Below, piece by piece: positions 53,049 to 61,692 of a DNA stretch of 64,000 nt. Position numbers and translations under genes: made by a program. Below the pieces are notes generated by a model. That model was not told where the DNA came from, did not search any database, and saw only the letters and a program-made list of their open reading frames with translations. The DNA is from Chloroflexota bacterium (GTDB lineage: Bacteria > Chloroflexota > Dehalococcoidia > Bin125), in NCBI GenBank assembly GCA_026705025.1, contig JAPPBN010000030.1, positions 12,822-76,821 on the forward strand, read 5' to 3'. Within the stretch, counting starts at the first letter, position 1; each line of letters starts with the position of its first letter.

Positions 53049-55571
53049 ATGCAACTCGCGACCGCCTACGTAAGATTCTATAAGGCATTCAACTACGACT
53101 ACCTTCGGAAGGCTCACCCTGATTTTGAACCGGATCCCTGGGATGTTTTGGAAGACGGTCCAGCATATCCATACATCACAGTCCCCATCGAGTCGAAACT
53201 CACTTGCATTGTCGGTGCTAATGAAGCCGGCAAGAGTCAACTCCTCGACGCGATTCAGTTGGCGCTAAGCACGGAAACCCCAAAGCCGACCGACCTTTGC
53301 CGTTACTCGGAGTTCTTTACGGTGTCCGGAGAACCGCGCGTACCCGACGTCGGTCTCCACTTCAGCCAACTTACGGATGAGGAGTCAGTCGAACTCCAAG
53401 AAGTCGTTGGACGGCAGGGGGGTCCTGCGATCAAATCCTTCAGAATGTTCAAGGTTCATCCCAGGAAAATCTTGCTCTACTTCGACAATGAGGAGGAACC
53501 CCTAGACATTTCAGATCGCGGCGACGAGCTTGCCAAGCTTCTACCCGACGCTGTCAGAATTGAACCAACCTATGAACTCCCAGACAGTGTGCCCATCGGC
53601 GTGCTATTGCCGCCGGGTGCCGAGGGCTCTCTTGATATCGGGCTCGATCGAAGGGATCAGATTGAATTCACTAAGCTGCTCCTGCCGATCATCGAGGCTG
53701 TACGCGAAGATGATGCAGAGACCACGGATCACACCGCGGTCATCGAGCCCCTGATCCAACAGATCAGGAAGGTCGCCCCAATGAGCGAGCGCGATAGGAA
53801 GGAACTGCAGCAACGACAAGCGCTTGCGCGCGACCTACTGGTGGAGATTGCTGGGATCGGCCCGCAAGCAATCAGCGACCTTCAGCAAACATCGCCTGAC
53901 GGAGGGTATGGTCATGCGAGCGCCATTGAGGCCAAGATGAACGGTCAACTGGGCGATGCGTTGAATCTAGCCAAATGGTGGAGTCAGGACAGCGAGTTCC
54001 GATTGAAGATAAACGCGCACGATCAACAGCTGTTGCTTACAGTCCGCGACAGAACGGGGAGCCAGTACACATTCGATGAGAGGAGTCATGGGTTGAAGTA
54101 CTTTCTGAGTTATCTCATTCAGGCTCTGACGCACATGAGGTCCCGGACGGGACGAGAGATACTCCTCATGGATGAACCGGATGCCTTTTTGTCGAATGAA
54201 GGGCAACAAGACCTGTTGCGCGTCTTCGCCGAGTTCACTAGGCCGATCGGAGATGCGCCGGGCGCTCAAGTCATATACGTCACGCATTCCCCCTTCCTCA
54301 TCGACAAGAACCGCGGCGATCGCATTCGCGTGCTGGCGAAGGGCGATAGAGACGAAGGAGTGAGGGTCGTAAAAGATGTCGGCAAGAACCATTTTGAGCC
54401 CATCAGAACGGCGCTGGGGGGATTTGTTGGCGAGTCAGTCTTCATAGGGAACTGCAATCTCGTGGTGGAAGGAATGGCGGATCAGATTTATCTCGCCGGA
54501 TTTTCCGAGATGATTAGTCAAAATGAGGAGGGCATTTCCGCGGAACATCTTGACCTCAATCGTGTAACCTTGGTCCCGGCTGGCGGTGCCTCGGAAGTTC
54601 CCTATCATGTCTATCTGGCCCGGGGCCGAGGTGCGGAGAAACCCGCGTTGGTTGTCCTGCTCGATGGAGATCAAGCCGGAGATGATGCGGTTAGGAAGCT
54701 AAGGAGGGGAGGGCCGGGCAACAAGATGCTGCTAGAAGATAAGTACATTGCGCAGCTCAAGCCAAGCGAGGCTCTCGAGGTTTCAAGTGATCTAGAGCAT
54801 GGCGCGTTGGCGACCGAGGATTTGATTCCTGTTGAGTTGGGGGTGAAGGCCGCGAAAGCCTATTTGACGACAATGAAAGTGCCATACCGCGCGGATCTAC
54901 TCACACCGCAATCCGTGAAGCAGCACCTTGAGGATGCCAAGGGAGTATTCGAGGCGATCGAAAGTGTCGTCGAGGGTGCGATCCAAGGATCGGGCCAAGA
55001 TGAGGTGAGCGAATTCAGGCTATACAAGGTCGCATTTGCTCGTCATGTGGTCGAAGAGTGTCGAAGGGGCAATGGTGATTTGAGAGCCAAGACCCTTTCG
55101 CGATTCAAAGTACTGTTCAGATCGCTTACTAGCATGCAACGCGAAGCGGAATATGAGCGGGCACAAGAGGCAATCACGTCCCGCATAGATCGAGAAGTCA
55201 CGAAGTTTATCAAGGATTGGTTTTCACATGTTACGAAGTCAGATGTGAACACCTTGCTGGAGAGGCTTGGCTACGTCATCGACGACTCAGTAGCCGGAGA
55301 GGCGACTGCTCGAGCGATGTCTCAACTGCGAGTTGAGTTCAATCTGGATGTGAATCCCAATGAACGAATCAAGGTAGGTGATCTTGAGGGATTGAGAGTC
55401 AGGCTCATGGGTCTCAAGGACGCCGGAATTCAAGAATCACAACTCGAGTCGATCACATCGACGGAAGATGAGTCTACGATTGTGGGATCTGGCGCCGCCG
55501 CAGGGGCCACTAATGAAGATGAGATTGATCCGTCCGAGGGAGGCGGCAGTGCCGCGAACCTTGCTTCCTAG
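53049..55571 (+). CDS. OLD-family ABC-type ATPase + Toprim nuclease-like protein (defence candidate)
   Basis: 840 aa from ATG 53049. Walker A IVGANEAGKSQLLDAI, signature-like ERSHGLKYFLSYL, Walker B ILLMDEPDAFLS, VIYVTHSPFLI. Then Toprim-like NLVVEGMADQIYL and VVLLDGDQAGDDA. About 270-aa helical C-terminal extension of unknown function. Visibly AT-richer than its flanks. Confidence 0.8.
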   Translation: MQLATAYVRFYKAFNYDYLRKAHPDFEPDPWDVLEDGPAYPYITVPIESKLTCIVGANEAGKSQLLDAIQLALSTETPKPTDLCRYSEFFTVSGEPRVPDVGLHFSQLTDEESVELQEVVGRQGGPAIKSFRMFKVHPRKILLYFDNEEEPLDISDRGDELAKLLPDAVRIEPTYELPDSVPIGVLLPPGAEGSLDIGLDRRDQIEFTKLLLPIIEAVREDDAETTDHTAVIEPLIQQIRKVAPMSERDRKELQQRQALARDLLVEIAGIGPQAISDLQQTSPDGGYGHASAIEAKMNGQLGDALNLAKWWSQDSEFRLKINAHDQQLLLTVRDRTGSQYTFDERSHGLKYFLSYLIQALTHMRSRTGREILLMDEPDAFLSNEGQQDLLRVFAEFTRPIGDAPGAQVIYVTHSPFLIDKNRGDRIRVLAKGDRDEGVRVVKDVGKNHFEPIRTALGGFVGESVFIGNCNLVVEGMADQIYLAGFSEMISQNEEGISAEHLDLNRVTLVPAGGASEVPYHVYLARGRGAEKPALVVLLDGDQAGDDAVRKLRRGGPGNKMLLEDKYIAQLKPSEALEVSSDLEHGALATEDLIPVELGVKAAKAYLTTMKVPYRADLLTPQSVKQHLEDAKGVFEAIESVVEGAIQGSGQDEVSEFRLYKVAFARHVVEECRRGNGDLRAKTLSRFKVLFRSLTSMQREAEYERAQEAITSRIDREVTKFIKDWFSHVTKSDVNTLLERLGYVIDDSVAGEATARAMSQLRVEFNLDVNPNERIKVGDLEGLRVRLMGLKDAGIQESQLESITSTEDESTIVGSGAAAGATNEDEIDPSEGGGSAANLAS

Positions 55572-55865
55572 TCACGTTCTCATGCGAAGCCAGGTGTTGA
55601 ATCGGACGAGATCGGTCGGTCGGTCAGCATCTTGTGCCTGTGCAAGAGGCGTTGGTCGCTGGTCCGCGTCGGTCAAGCTTCGGCCAACTCTTGCGAAGTT
55701 GCGCAAGGCCTCGCACGGTGGCGAGGACGGAGAATTCTCAGCCGCCCGACCACGCTGATTCCGCCGTCGACGCGATCTCCCCACCAATCGAACACGCGAC
55801 CTCCGTCAAGTCCGACAGCACGAGCGTCGCCCCCCGCCCGTCCGACGCAATATCCGCTACGATAA

Positions 55866-55877
55866 GAACATACGTAC
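55866..55877. promoter_or_regulatory. GAAC-N4-GTAC dyad (operator candidate)
   Basis: ataaGAACATACGTACcg, 24 nt upstream of ATG 55901. Counterpart of 5092-5103. Confidence 0.35.
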
Positions 55878-55900
55878 CGTCTACTGAGAGGCCTGACCCG

Positions 55901-56215
55901 ATGCGCAACCCATTCCACCTCCGAGCCAACATCGACCGACTCTGGCGGCGCTCCGCCGACCACAACCCCGGCTACGTCCGCGTCGCTGCTCTCGACGCCA
56001 TCGTCCGCGAGCTCTACGCGCCTAACGAGCGCGCCCGCGCCAACTACCAGCTCTACCTCGCCACCGACCCCTTCGACGTCGCCCGGCACAAGCTCCGCGA
56101 CCTCTACGACCGGGCTGCCCTGTCCGCCCCCACACTATTCGAAGTCGCCCCCGCGCAGGCGGGGGCCGTCCCCGAGGAGGAAGAACAGCCCGAAGACGAC
56201 GACGACCCCTTGTAA
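55901..56215 (+). CDS. hypothetical small protein with acidic C-terminal tail (paralog B)
   Basis: 104 aa, MRNPFHLRANIDRLWRR...ends EEEEQPEDDDDPL. Paralog of 5129-5431. Followed by a T-rich tract. Confidence 0.65.
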   Translation: MRNPFHLRANIDRLWRRSADHNPGYVRVAALDAIVRELYAPNERARANYQLYLATDPFDVARHKLRDLYDRAALSAPTLFEVAPAQAGAVPEEEEQPEDDDDPL

Positions 56216-56301
56216 CTGCCCCACCCAGCACCACCGTTTTTTTCTTTTTCCAGTCCACCGACCACCTGGCTCTGCCGTGCCTGACCGCTACCTCAGCCGC
56301 A

Positions 56302-57540
56302 TCAAGCGGACGAACCGCCCAACCAGGCCGACTCGGCCGTTGAGGCGATCTCTTCGCCGATCAGCAGCGACGCTGTCGCGCCGGGACTTGGCGCGTTCAG
56401 GATGTGAATCAGGCGATCCTGGTGGGCGATTTCGAAGTCGTCGGCGAGGGTTCCGTCTCGGCGGAGGGCCTGGGCTCGGACTCCGGCTCCTCCCCGGACG
56501 AGTTGGTCGGGTTCGAGGTTGGGCATCAGGCGCTGGAGGGCGCTGACGAAGGCGGACTTGTTGGCGCTGCGCCAGACTTCGCCGAGGCCGGTTTGCCAGT
56601 GGTCGCGGGCGAGGCGGAGGAAGCCGGGCCAGGTGAGCGACTCGGCGGCGTCGCGGAGGGCGACGTCGCGCCAGCGGTAGCCCTCGCGCTTGAGGGCGAG
56701 GACGGCGTTGGGTCCGGCCTCGACGCTGCCGTCCAGGCGTCGGGTGAAGTGAACGCCGAGGAAGGGGAAGGCCGGGTCGGGGACGGGATAGATGAGGTTC
56801 TTGAGCATCCCGCGGGCTGCGGGCACGAGGTCGTAGTACTCGCCGCGGAAGGGCACGATGCGCAGGTTCCGAGCCTCGGGCGCGCCGGAGCGTCGGGCGA
56901 TGCGGTCGGCCTGGAGTCCGGCGCAGTTGACGGCGTACCTGGCGCGGACGATACCGGTCGTGGTGGCGAGCTGGACGCCCTCGGCGTCGACTCGGACGCC
57001 CGAGACGCGCGAGCGCAGACGCACCGATCCGCCGGCGGACTCGAGCAGTTCGCGGTACTTCTCGCAGACGCCTCGATAGTCGGCGATGCCGGTTGAGGGG
57101 ATGTGCAGGGCGGCGACGCCGGCGGCGTTGGGCTCGAACTCGGCCAGCTCGTCAGGTCCGAGTTCGCGGATGTCCGGGACGCCGTTGGCGTCGCCGCGGC
57201 GGTGCAGATCGCGCATGCGCTCGAGTTCGGACTCGTGCGTGGCGACGACGACCTTGCCGCAGCGCTCGGCGCCGATCCCGTGCTCGTCGCAGAACGCGTA
57301 CATGCGCTCGGCGCCGGCGACGGCCATGCGCGCCTTGGCCGAGCCGGGACGGTAGTAGAGGCCGGAGTGGATCACGCCCGAGTTGTTGCCACTCTGGTGT
57401 CGCCCAACGCCCGATTCCTGCTCCAGCGAGACGACGCGCAGCCCCTCATGCTTCGTCGCAAGCGCCATGGCGGTCGAGAGTCCAAGGATGCCGGCTCCGA
57501 TGACGGCGACGTCGGCCGTGTCGGAGTTGTGGTCAGACAC
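56302..57540 (-). CDS. lhgO: L-2-hydroxyglutarate oxidase/dehydrogenase-like FAD enzyme
   Basis: DVAVIGAGILGLSTAMAL FAD fold and HQSGNNSGVIHSGLYYRPGS, as in LhgO. GTG 57540 overlaps the selD stop by 8 nt. Confidence 0.75.
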   Translation of the reverse strand: MSDHNSDTADVAVIGAGILGLSTAMALATKHEGLRVVSLEQESGVGRHQSGNNSGVIHSGLYYRPGSAKARMAVAGAERMYAFCDEHGIGAERCGKVVVATHESELERMRDLHRRGDANGVPDIRELGPDELAEFEPNAAGVAALHIPSTGIADYRGVCEKYRELLESAGGSVRLRSRVSGVRVDAEGVQLATTTGIVRARYAVNCAGLQADRIARRSGAPEARNLRIVPFRGEYYDLVPAARGMLKNLIYPVPDPAFPFLGVHFTRRLDGSVEAGPNAVLALKREGYRWRDVALRDAAESLTWPGFLRLARDHWQTGLGEVWRSANKSAFVSALQRLMPNLEPDQLVRGGAGVRAQALRRDGTLADDFEIAHQDRLIHILNAPSPGATASLLIGEEIASTAESAWLGGSSA

Positions 57541-58636
57541 GCGGAGCCTCGGTCGGCACGACGCTGAGGCGGCCGCCGTCGGCGGCTTCTGTGACTCGGG
57601 CGATGGGTGTCGCCGTGACCCCACGCTCTTGCAGCTCGTTGATCAGGTGGGGGGCTTCGACGATTCCGGCGGCGATCAGCAAGCCTCCGGAGGTCTGGGG
57701 GTCGTAGAGGAGGGCTTCCTCGAACGTGGTGAGCTCCCGGCTGCCTTTGACGGTCAGGCGGGCTCCGTAGTAGTCGCGATTGCGGGACTGTCCGCCTGAG
57801 CCGAATCCGGCCGCGACGGCTTCGGAGAGGCCTCCCAGCGCGGGGGGCGCGCCGAGATCGATCTCGATGGCGGCGTCGCTCAGTTCGGCCATCTCGTGCA
57901 GGTGTCCGGCGAGGCCGAAGCCGGTCACGTCGGCGATGGCGTGCACACCGGCGGCGAGGTCGGGTTCGGTCGCGGCCTCGGCGGCGTCGCGGTTGAGGGT
58001 CATCATCTGGGCGATGGCGGCGTCCCAGTGTTGCTCGGAGACTGCGCCCTGTTGGTTCGCGCCGATCAGGACTCCGGTGCCGATCTCCTTGGTCAGGATG
58101 ATCGTGTCGCCTGGCTGCGCGCCGCCGGTCGTGCGGATCAACTCGCGTGCGACTTCGCCGGTGACGGCGAGCCCGTACTTGGGTTCCTCGTCGATGATCG
58201 TGTGTCCTCCGGCGATGACCGCGCCCGCTTCGCGCACCTTGTCGGCGCCGCCGCGCAGGACGTCGGCGATGATGTCGGGCGGAAGATCCTCGGGGAAGGC
58301 GGCGATGTTGAGCGCGAACAGCACGCGTCCACCCATCGCGTAGACGTCGGACATGGCGTTGGCGGCCGCGATCGCGCCGAATTGGTAGGGGTCGTCGACC
58401 AGCGGGGCGAAGAAGTCGAGCGTCTGCACCAGCGCGCGTTCGTCGTCGATGGCGTAGACGGCGGCGTCGTCGGGGCGTGCGAGGCCGACGAGCAACTGGG
58501 GATGCTCGGATGGCGGGAACTGGGGACCGAGATGGCTCAACACGTGAGCCAGGCCTTCAGGGCCGAACTTGGAGCCTCAACCGCCGCAGCGGGCGAGGTC
58601 GGTGAGGCGGATGGCTCGACTGTCGCGATCGGACAT
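57533..58636 (-). CDS. selD: selenide, water dikinase (selenophosphate synthetase), Sec-containing form
   Basis: ATG 58636 with AGGAGGG 10 nt upstream. MSDRDSRAIRLTDLARCGG-U-GSKFGPEGLAHVLSHLGPQF...DDAAVYAI...DFFAPLVDDPYQFGAIAAANAMSDVYAMGG. The in-frame TGA at 58577-58579 aligns with E. coli SelD Cys17 (GCGCK). The tracked ORF starts only after the TGA. Confidence 0.85.
58534..58550 (-). promoter_or_regulatory. SECIS-like hairpin (selD)
   Basis: GGCUC-ACGUGUU-GAGCC starting 29 nt after the U of UGA. Same stem sequence as the DsbA-like genes. Confidence 0.5.
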
Positions 58637-58760
58637 GTGCGGGCACCCTCCTGTCTGAGTCGCAGCCTATCGCGGTGATGTGGAGGATCTTCAATAGTAC
58701 TTGCGTTCTGGTACCGGTGACCGTAGCCTGTCGCAGATGAGCATGATGAGGAACGCCGAT

Positions 58761-59288
58761 ATGGATGAGCACTGTTGGATTGACACGCCACTGGGGACGA
58801 TGTATCTCGCGATTCGTAACGGCGCGCTGCAAGAGGCGGGGTTCGTCGACACCTGGGCGCGCCCGGTGTTGTCGCCGGACGCCGAGGAGGCAAGCGAGGA
58901 CTTGTCGAGCGAGGCGCAGCTCGTGCGGGACGCGGTCGCCGGCTACTTCGAAGGTGACATCGAAGCGATCGAGTCGATCACGATCCAACCCGAAGGCACC
59001 GACTTCCAGCGTGCCGTTTGGCAGGCGATTCGCGAGGTGCCGGCCGGTCAGACGGTGTCGTACCAGGACATCGCCCGAGCGGTTGGTAAACCGTCGGCGT
59101 ATCGGGCGGTGGGAACGGCGACCGGTCGCAATCCAGTCGGGATCGCGGTCCCTTGCCACCGGATTGTGCGTTCGGATGGCGGCCTCGGCGGATACGGCGG
59201 CGGGCTGCATCGCAAGGAGTGGTTCCTCGAACACGAACGCAAGAGTCTGAGAACCAGCAAGCAACCCAGCAAGAACGGACACGACTGA
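58761..59288 (+). CDS. ogt: methylated-DNA--protein-cysteine methyltransferase
   Basis: PCHRIV active site and VSYQDIARAVG..RAVGTATGRNP. ATG 58761 preferred (GAGGA upstream); the tracked ORF starts at 58701. Confidence 0.85.
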   Translation: MDEHCWIDTPLGTMYLAIRNGALQEAGFVDTWARPVLSPDAEEASEDLSSEAQLVRDAVAGYFEGDIEAIESITIQPEGTDFQRAVWQAIREVPAGQTVSYQDIARAVGKPSAYRAVGTATGRNPVGIAVPCHRIVRSDGGLGGYGGGLHRKEWFLEHERKSLRTSKQPSKNGHD

Positions 59289-59674
59289 TGGCTTCAACTT
59301 CCGACCCCGGCGTCGCAGAGGCGTTGGCCAACGATCTGGTGATCGATATCACGACGATTGGCCGCTCTAGCGGCGAGGCGAAGCGACTCGAAATCTGGTT
59401 CCACAACGTCGACGATCGGTACTACATCACGGGTCGGCCTGGACCCAGATCGTGGTATGCGAACGTGCTCGCCAATCCGGCGATCACGTTTCATTTCAAG
59501 GAATCGACCGAGGCCGACCTTGAGGGCACTGCCAGAGCCGTAACCGATGCGGCCGAGAAGCGGGCATTCTTTCTCACGGCCAGGAAGCTGAGCGAATATA
59601 TCAACGAGGACAACGTCCAGGAGTGGGTTGAAGGCTCGCCGTTGATCGAGGTGGTGTTCGACGAGCGAGAGTAA
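59288..59674 (+). CDS. deazaflavin (F420)-dependent nitroreductase-family (DDN/DUF385-like) protein
   Basis: 128 aa from ATG 59288 (TGATG overlap with ogt). TTIGRSSGEAKRLEIWF...GRPGPRSWYANVLANP pattern. Confidence 0.6.
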   Translation: MASTSDPGVAEALANDLVIDITTIGRSSGEAKRLEIWFHNVDDRYYITGRPGPRSWYANVLANPAITFHFKESTEADLEGTARAVTDAAEKRAFFLTARKLSEYINEDNVQEWVEGSPLIEVVFDERE

Positions 59675-59997
59675 TGCCGCCATTCGTCATCGAACTGGCG
59701 TGGAACGCGGTATCTCTGGACGAGCTCGCCGCGCACGGACTGACCCTGGATGACGCTCACGCAGTGCTTCAGATTCGCCCCAAGTTCTTCCCAAACAGGG
59801 GGAACAGGGAACGTTTGCGACGCGGACTCCGGCGTCGCTGGGTCATGATTGGACCTAGCCAGACTGGGCAGTTACTCACGTTCATCATTGACGATCCAGA
59901 TGAGCAGCGAGTCGCGCACCTCGTCACTGGTTGGCCGTCGAACCTTGCCCAAGAAACTCGATATGCTCAACCAGGAGGTAAGAGGAACCGACCATGA
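59674..59997 (+). CDS. BrnT-like toxin candidate
   Basis: 107 aa. W..(7)..L..HGLTLDDA..VL...R..MIGP...GQLLTFII...VTGW....E..Y spacing resembles BrnT/DUF497. Overlaps the next ORF by ATGA. Confidence 0.4.
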   Translation: MPPFVIELAWNAVSLDELAAHGLTLDDAHAVLQIRPKFFPNRGNRERLRRGLRRRWVMIGPSQTGQLLTFIIDDPDEQRVAHLVTGWPSNLAQETRYAQPGGKRNRP

Positions 59998-60233
59998 CCC
60001 ATGATCCGCGATTTCCAGACGAGGACTTTGAAGATGAGCCGGAAGAGTGGATCATCGCAGAGAATCCTGGTGCCGTACTCGAGGTGAGATTTACCTCTGG
60101 GGAAATCCGGGAAATTGGCGAAGAGCAGCGCGCCACGGGTATGAATCCCATTCACTTCATTCACGACCTGACGCTTGACACCATCCGCGAACGTCGGGCC
60201 AAGCGCTCCGGCCAGGCCGAGGTCGCCGACTAA
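59994..60233 (+). CDS. BrnA-like antitoxin candidate
   Basis: 79 aa, AGGAGG upstream. An acidic N-terminus, then LEVRFTSGEIREIGEEQRATGMNPIHFIHDLTLDTI (ribbon-helix-helix-like). Confidence 0.4.
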   Translation: MTHDPRFPDEDFEDEPEEWIIAENPGAVLEVRFTSGEIREIGEEQRATGMNPIHFIHDLTLDTIRERRAKRSGQAEVAD

Positions 60234-61045
60234 CGGATCGCCAGGACGGCGATCTGGGTGAAGATGAAGAAGGGGTCGTTCGAGTCGGCCCAGGTTGCCC
60301 AGCCCGCGGACAATCTTTGCAGTTCCACCTGATCGGCGAGGCCGTACTCGAGGGCCTGGTCGGCGATGCCGCTGTAGAGGATTCGCTGCGACCAGGTTCG
60401 GCCCCAGATACGTGCCTCCTCGCCATCCATTGCGACGACGTTCGGGTGAATCTCAATCTCCGGGAACCCTGCCTGTCGGACCCAGGTGGGCAGGGTGCGT
60501 CCGGCGTCGGGTTCGGCGTTGTTGCGGTAGGCGACCTCGTGGTAAAGGCGGTTCCAGTCGAGGAACTCGGGGAACTTCGGGTGCGGCGACATGGTTGCGT
60601 AGTCGGCGTCGCGAACGGCCAGCAACCCGCCAGGCTTGAGCACTCGGCGCATCTCCTGCAGGGCGCGCACCGGGCCGGTCAGATGTTGCAGGAGCTGATT
60701 CGCGTAGACGACATCAAATTCGGCCTCGGCATACTCCAGGTGGTAGACATCGCCGTCGACGAATGTGACATTGTCGACCGATTCCTCCGCCGCGTGCGCT
60801 CTCGCGTGTTCGAGCACTCCCGCAGCCGAATCAAGGCCTACGACCTCGCCCGGTGAAACCGCCCGTGCCAGTCCGGCGGTCACCGTGCCGGGACCACATC
60901 CGCAATCCAATAGGCGCATCCCCGACTCGAGGCTTGGCAACAGAAACCAGGCCTCGACCTCGGCACGGCGGCGCGCGTGCGATTGCACGACCGATTCGTG
61001 GTGACCGTGCGTGTAGCGATCCCTGGGCGCGTTACTCATCCGCAA
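60230..61045 (-). CDS. class I SAM-dependent methyltransferase
   Basis: 271 aa. LLDCGCGPG motif I and LKPGGLLAV. Confidence 0.8.
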   Translation of the reverse strand: MRMSNAPRDRYTHGHHESVVQSHARRRAEVEAWFLLPSLESGMRLLDCGCGPGTVTAGLARAVSPGEVVGLDSAAGVLEHARAHAAEESVDNVTFVDGDVYHLEYAEAEFDVVYANQLLQHLTGPVRALQEMRRVLKPGGLLAVRDADYATMSPHPKFPEFLDWNRLYHEVAYRNNAEPDAGRTLPTWVRQAGFPEIEIHPNVVAMDGEEARIWGRTWSQRILYSGIADQALEYGLADQVELQRLSAGWATWADSNDPFFIFTQIAVLAIR

Positions 61046-61649
61046 ATCCGTCGACCAGGCGAGTCAAGGTCTCGACTGCGCGCTCCGAAAGCGTCAGTTT
61101 CAGGGCGGCCTCCTGGCCGTTGGGCGACATCTTACGCCAGGTCCGGCCCAGCGCCCGGCGCAACTGGCGATCGTCGAGGTCGTCCAGCAGCGGTTCGAGT
61201 TGGGTGTCGAGGAAGACGAGCGAGAGCGCGTCTTCCAGCGTTTGGGCGTCGGGATCGCCGGCCTGGAGCAGATCGGCCTTCGCCACGAGCGAGGCGACAC
61301 GCTCGACTGAGCGTCGCGGGTAACCGCATTCCTCCAGGATCGCCGCCGTCAGTTCCGCGTGAACAGCGTGCAGCGCCCGGCGCCAGCGGAGGTATGCCGA
61401 CCTGCCGTCGGGGAACGTCGAGCGTGGGATCATCCAGCGACGGATGTGATGTGCCCGAGCGGCGAGCAGCAGTTCTTCTGAGGCCTGCGGATCGAGTTCC
61501 CGGACCCAGCGGGTCATCATCTCGGCGTGCGTCTGCTCCTTGGGCAGCACCTCGCCGTCGACCATCAGTGTGAATGGATCGTCCGCGTTGGCTGCGTCGA
61601 TAGCGGCGATGGCCTGATCAAACCGGTCCTGATCGTCTATGTCGGGCAA
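61032..61649 (-). CDS. DUF4202-like protein
   Basis: 205 aa. AARAHHIRRWMIPRSTFPDGRSAYLRWRR pattern as I recall for DUF4202. Confidence 0.55.
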   Translation of the reverse strand: MPDIDDQDRFDQAIAAIDAANADDPFTLMVDGEVLPKEQTHAEMMTRWVRELDPQASEELLLAARAHHIRRWMIPRSTFPDGRSAYLRWRRALHAVHAELTAAILEECGYPRRSVERVASLVAKADLLQAGDPDAQTLEDALSLVFLDTQLEPLLDDLDDRQLRRALGRTWRKMSPNGQEAALKLTLSERAVETLTRLVDGFADE

Positions 61650-61692
61650 CGTCTTCAGTCTCCAGATCGAGACCAGCGTATCTGCCGTGCGA

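Noticed and set aside
53049-55571. Classical Gabija (GajA/GajB), retron-associated OLD or two-gene PARIS.
   Set aside because: No UvrD-like helicase, reverse transcriptase/msr-msd-like structure or separate DUF4435 gene flanks it. All internal ORFs overlap the main gene. It is kept as a stand-alone or fused OLD-family candidate.
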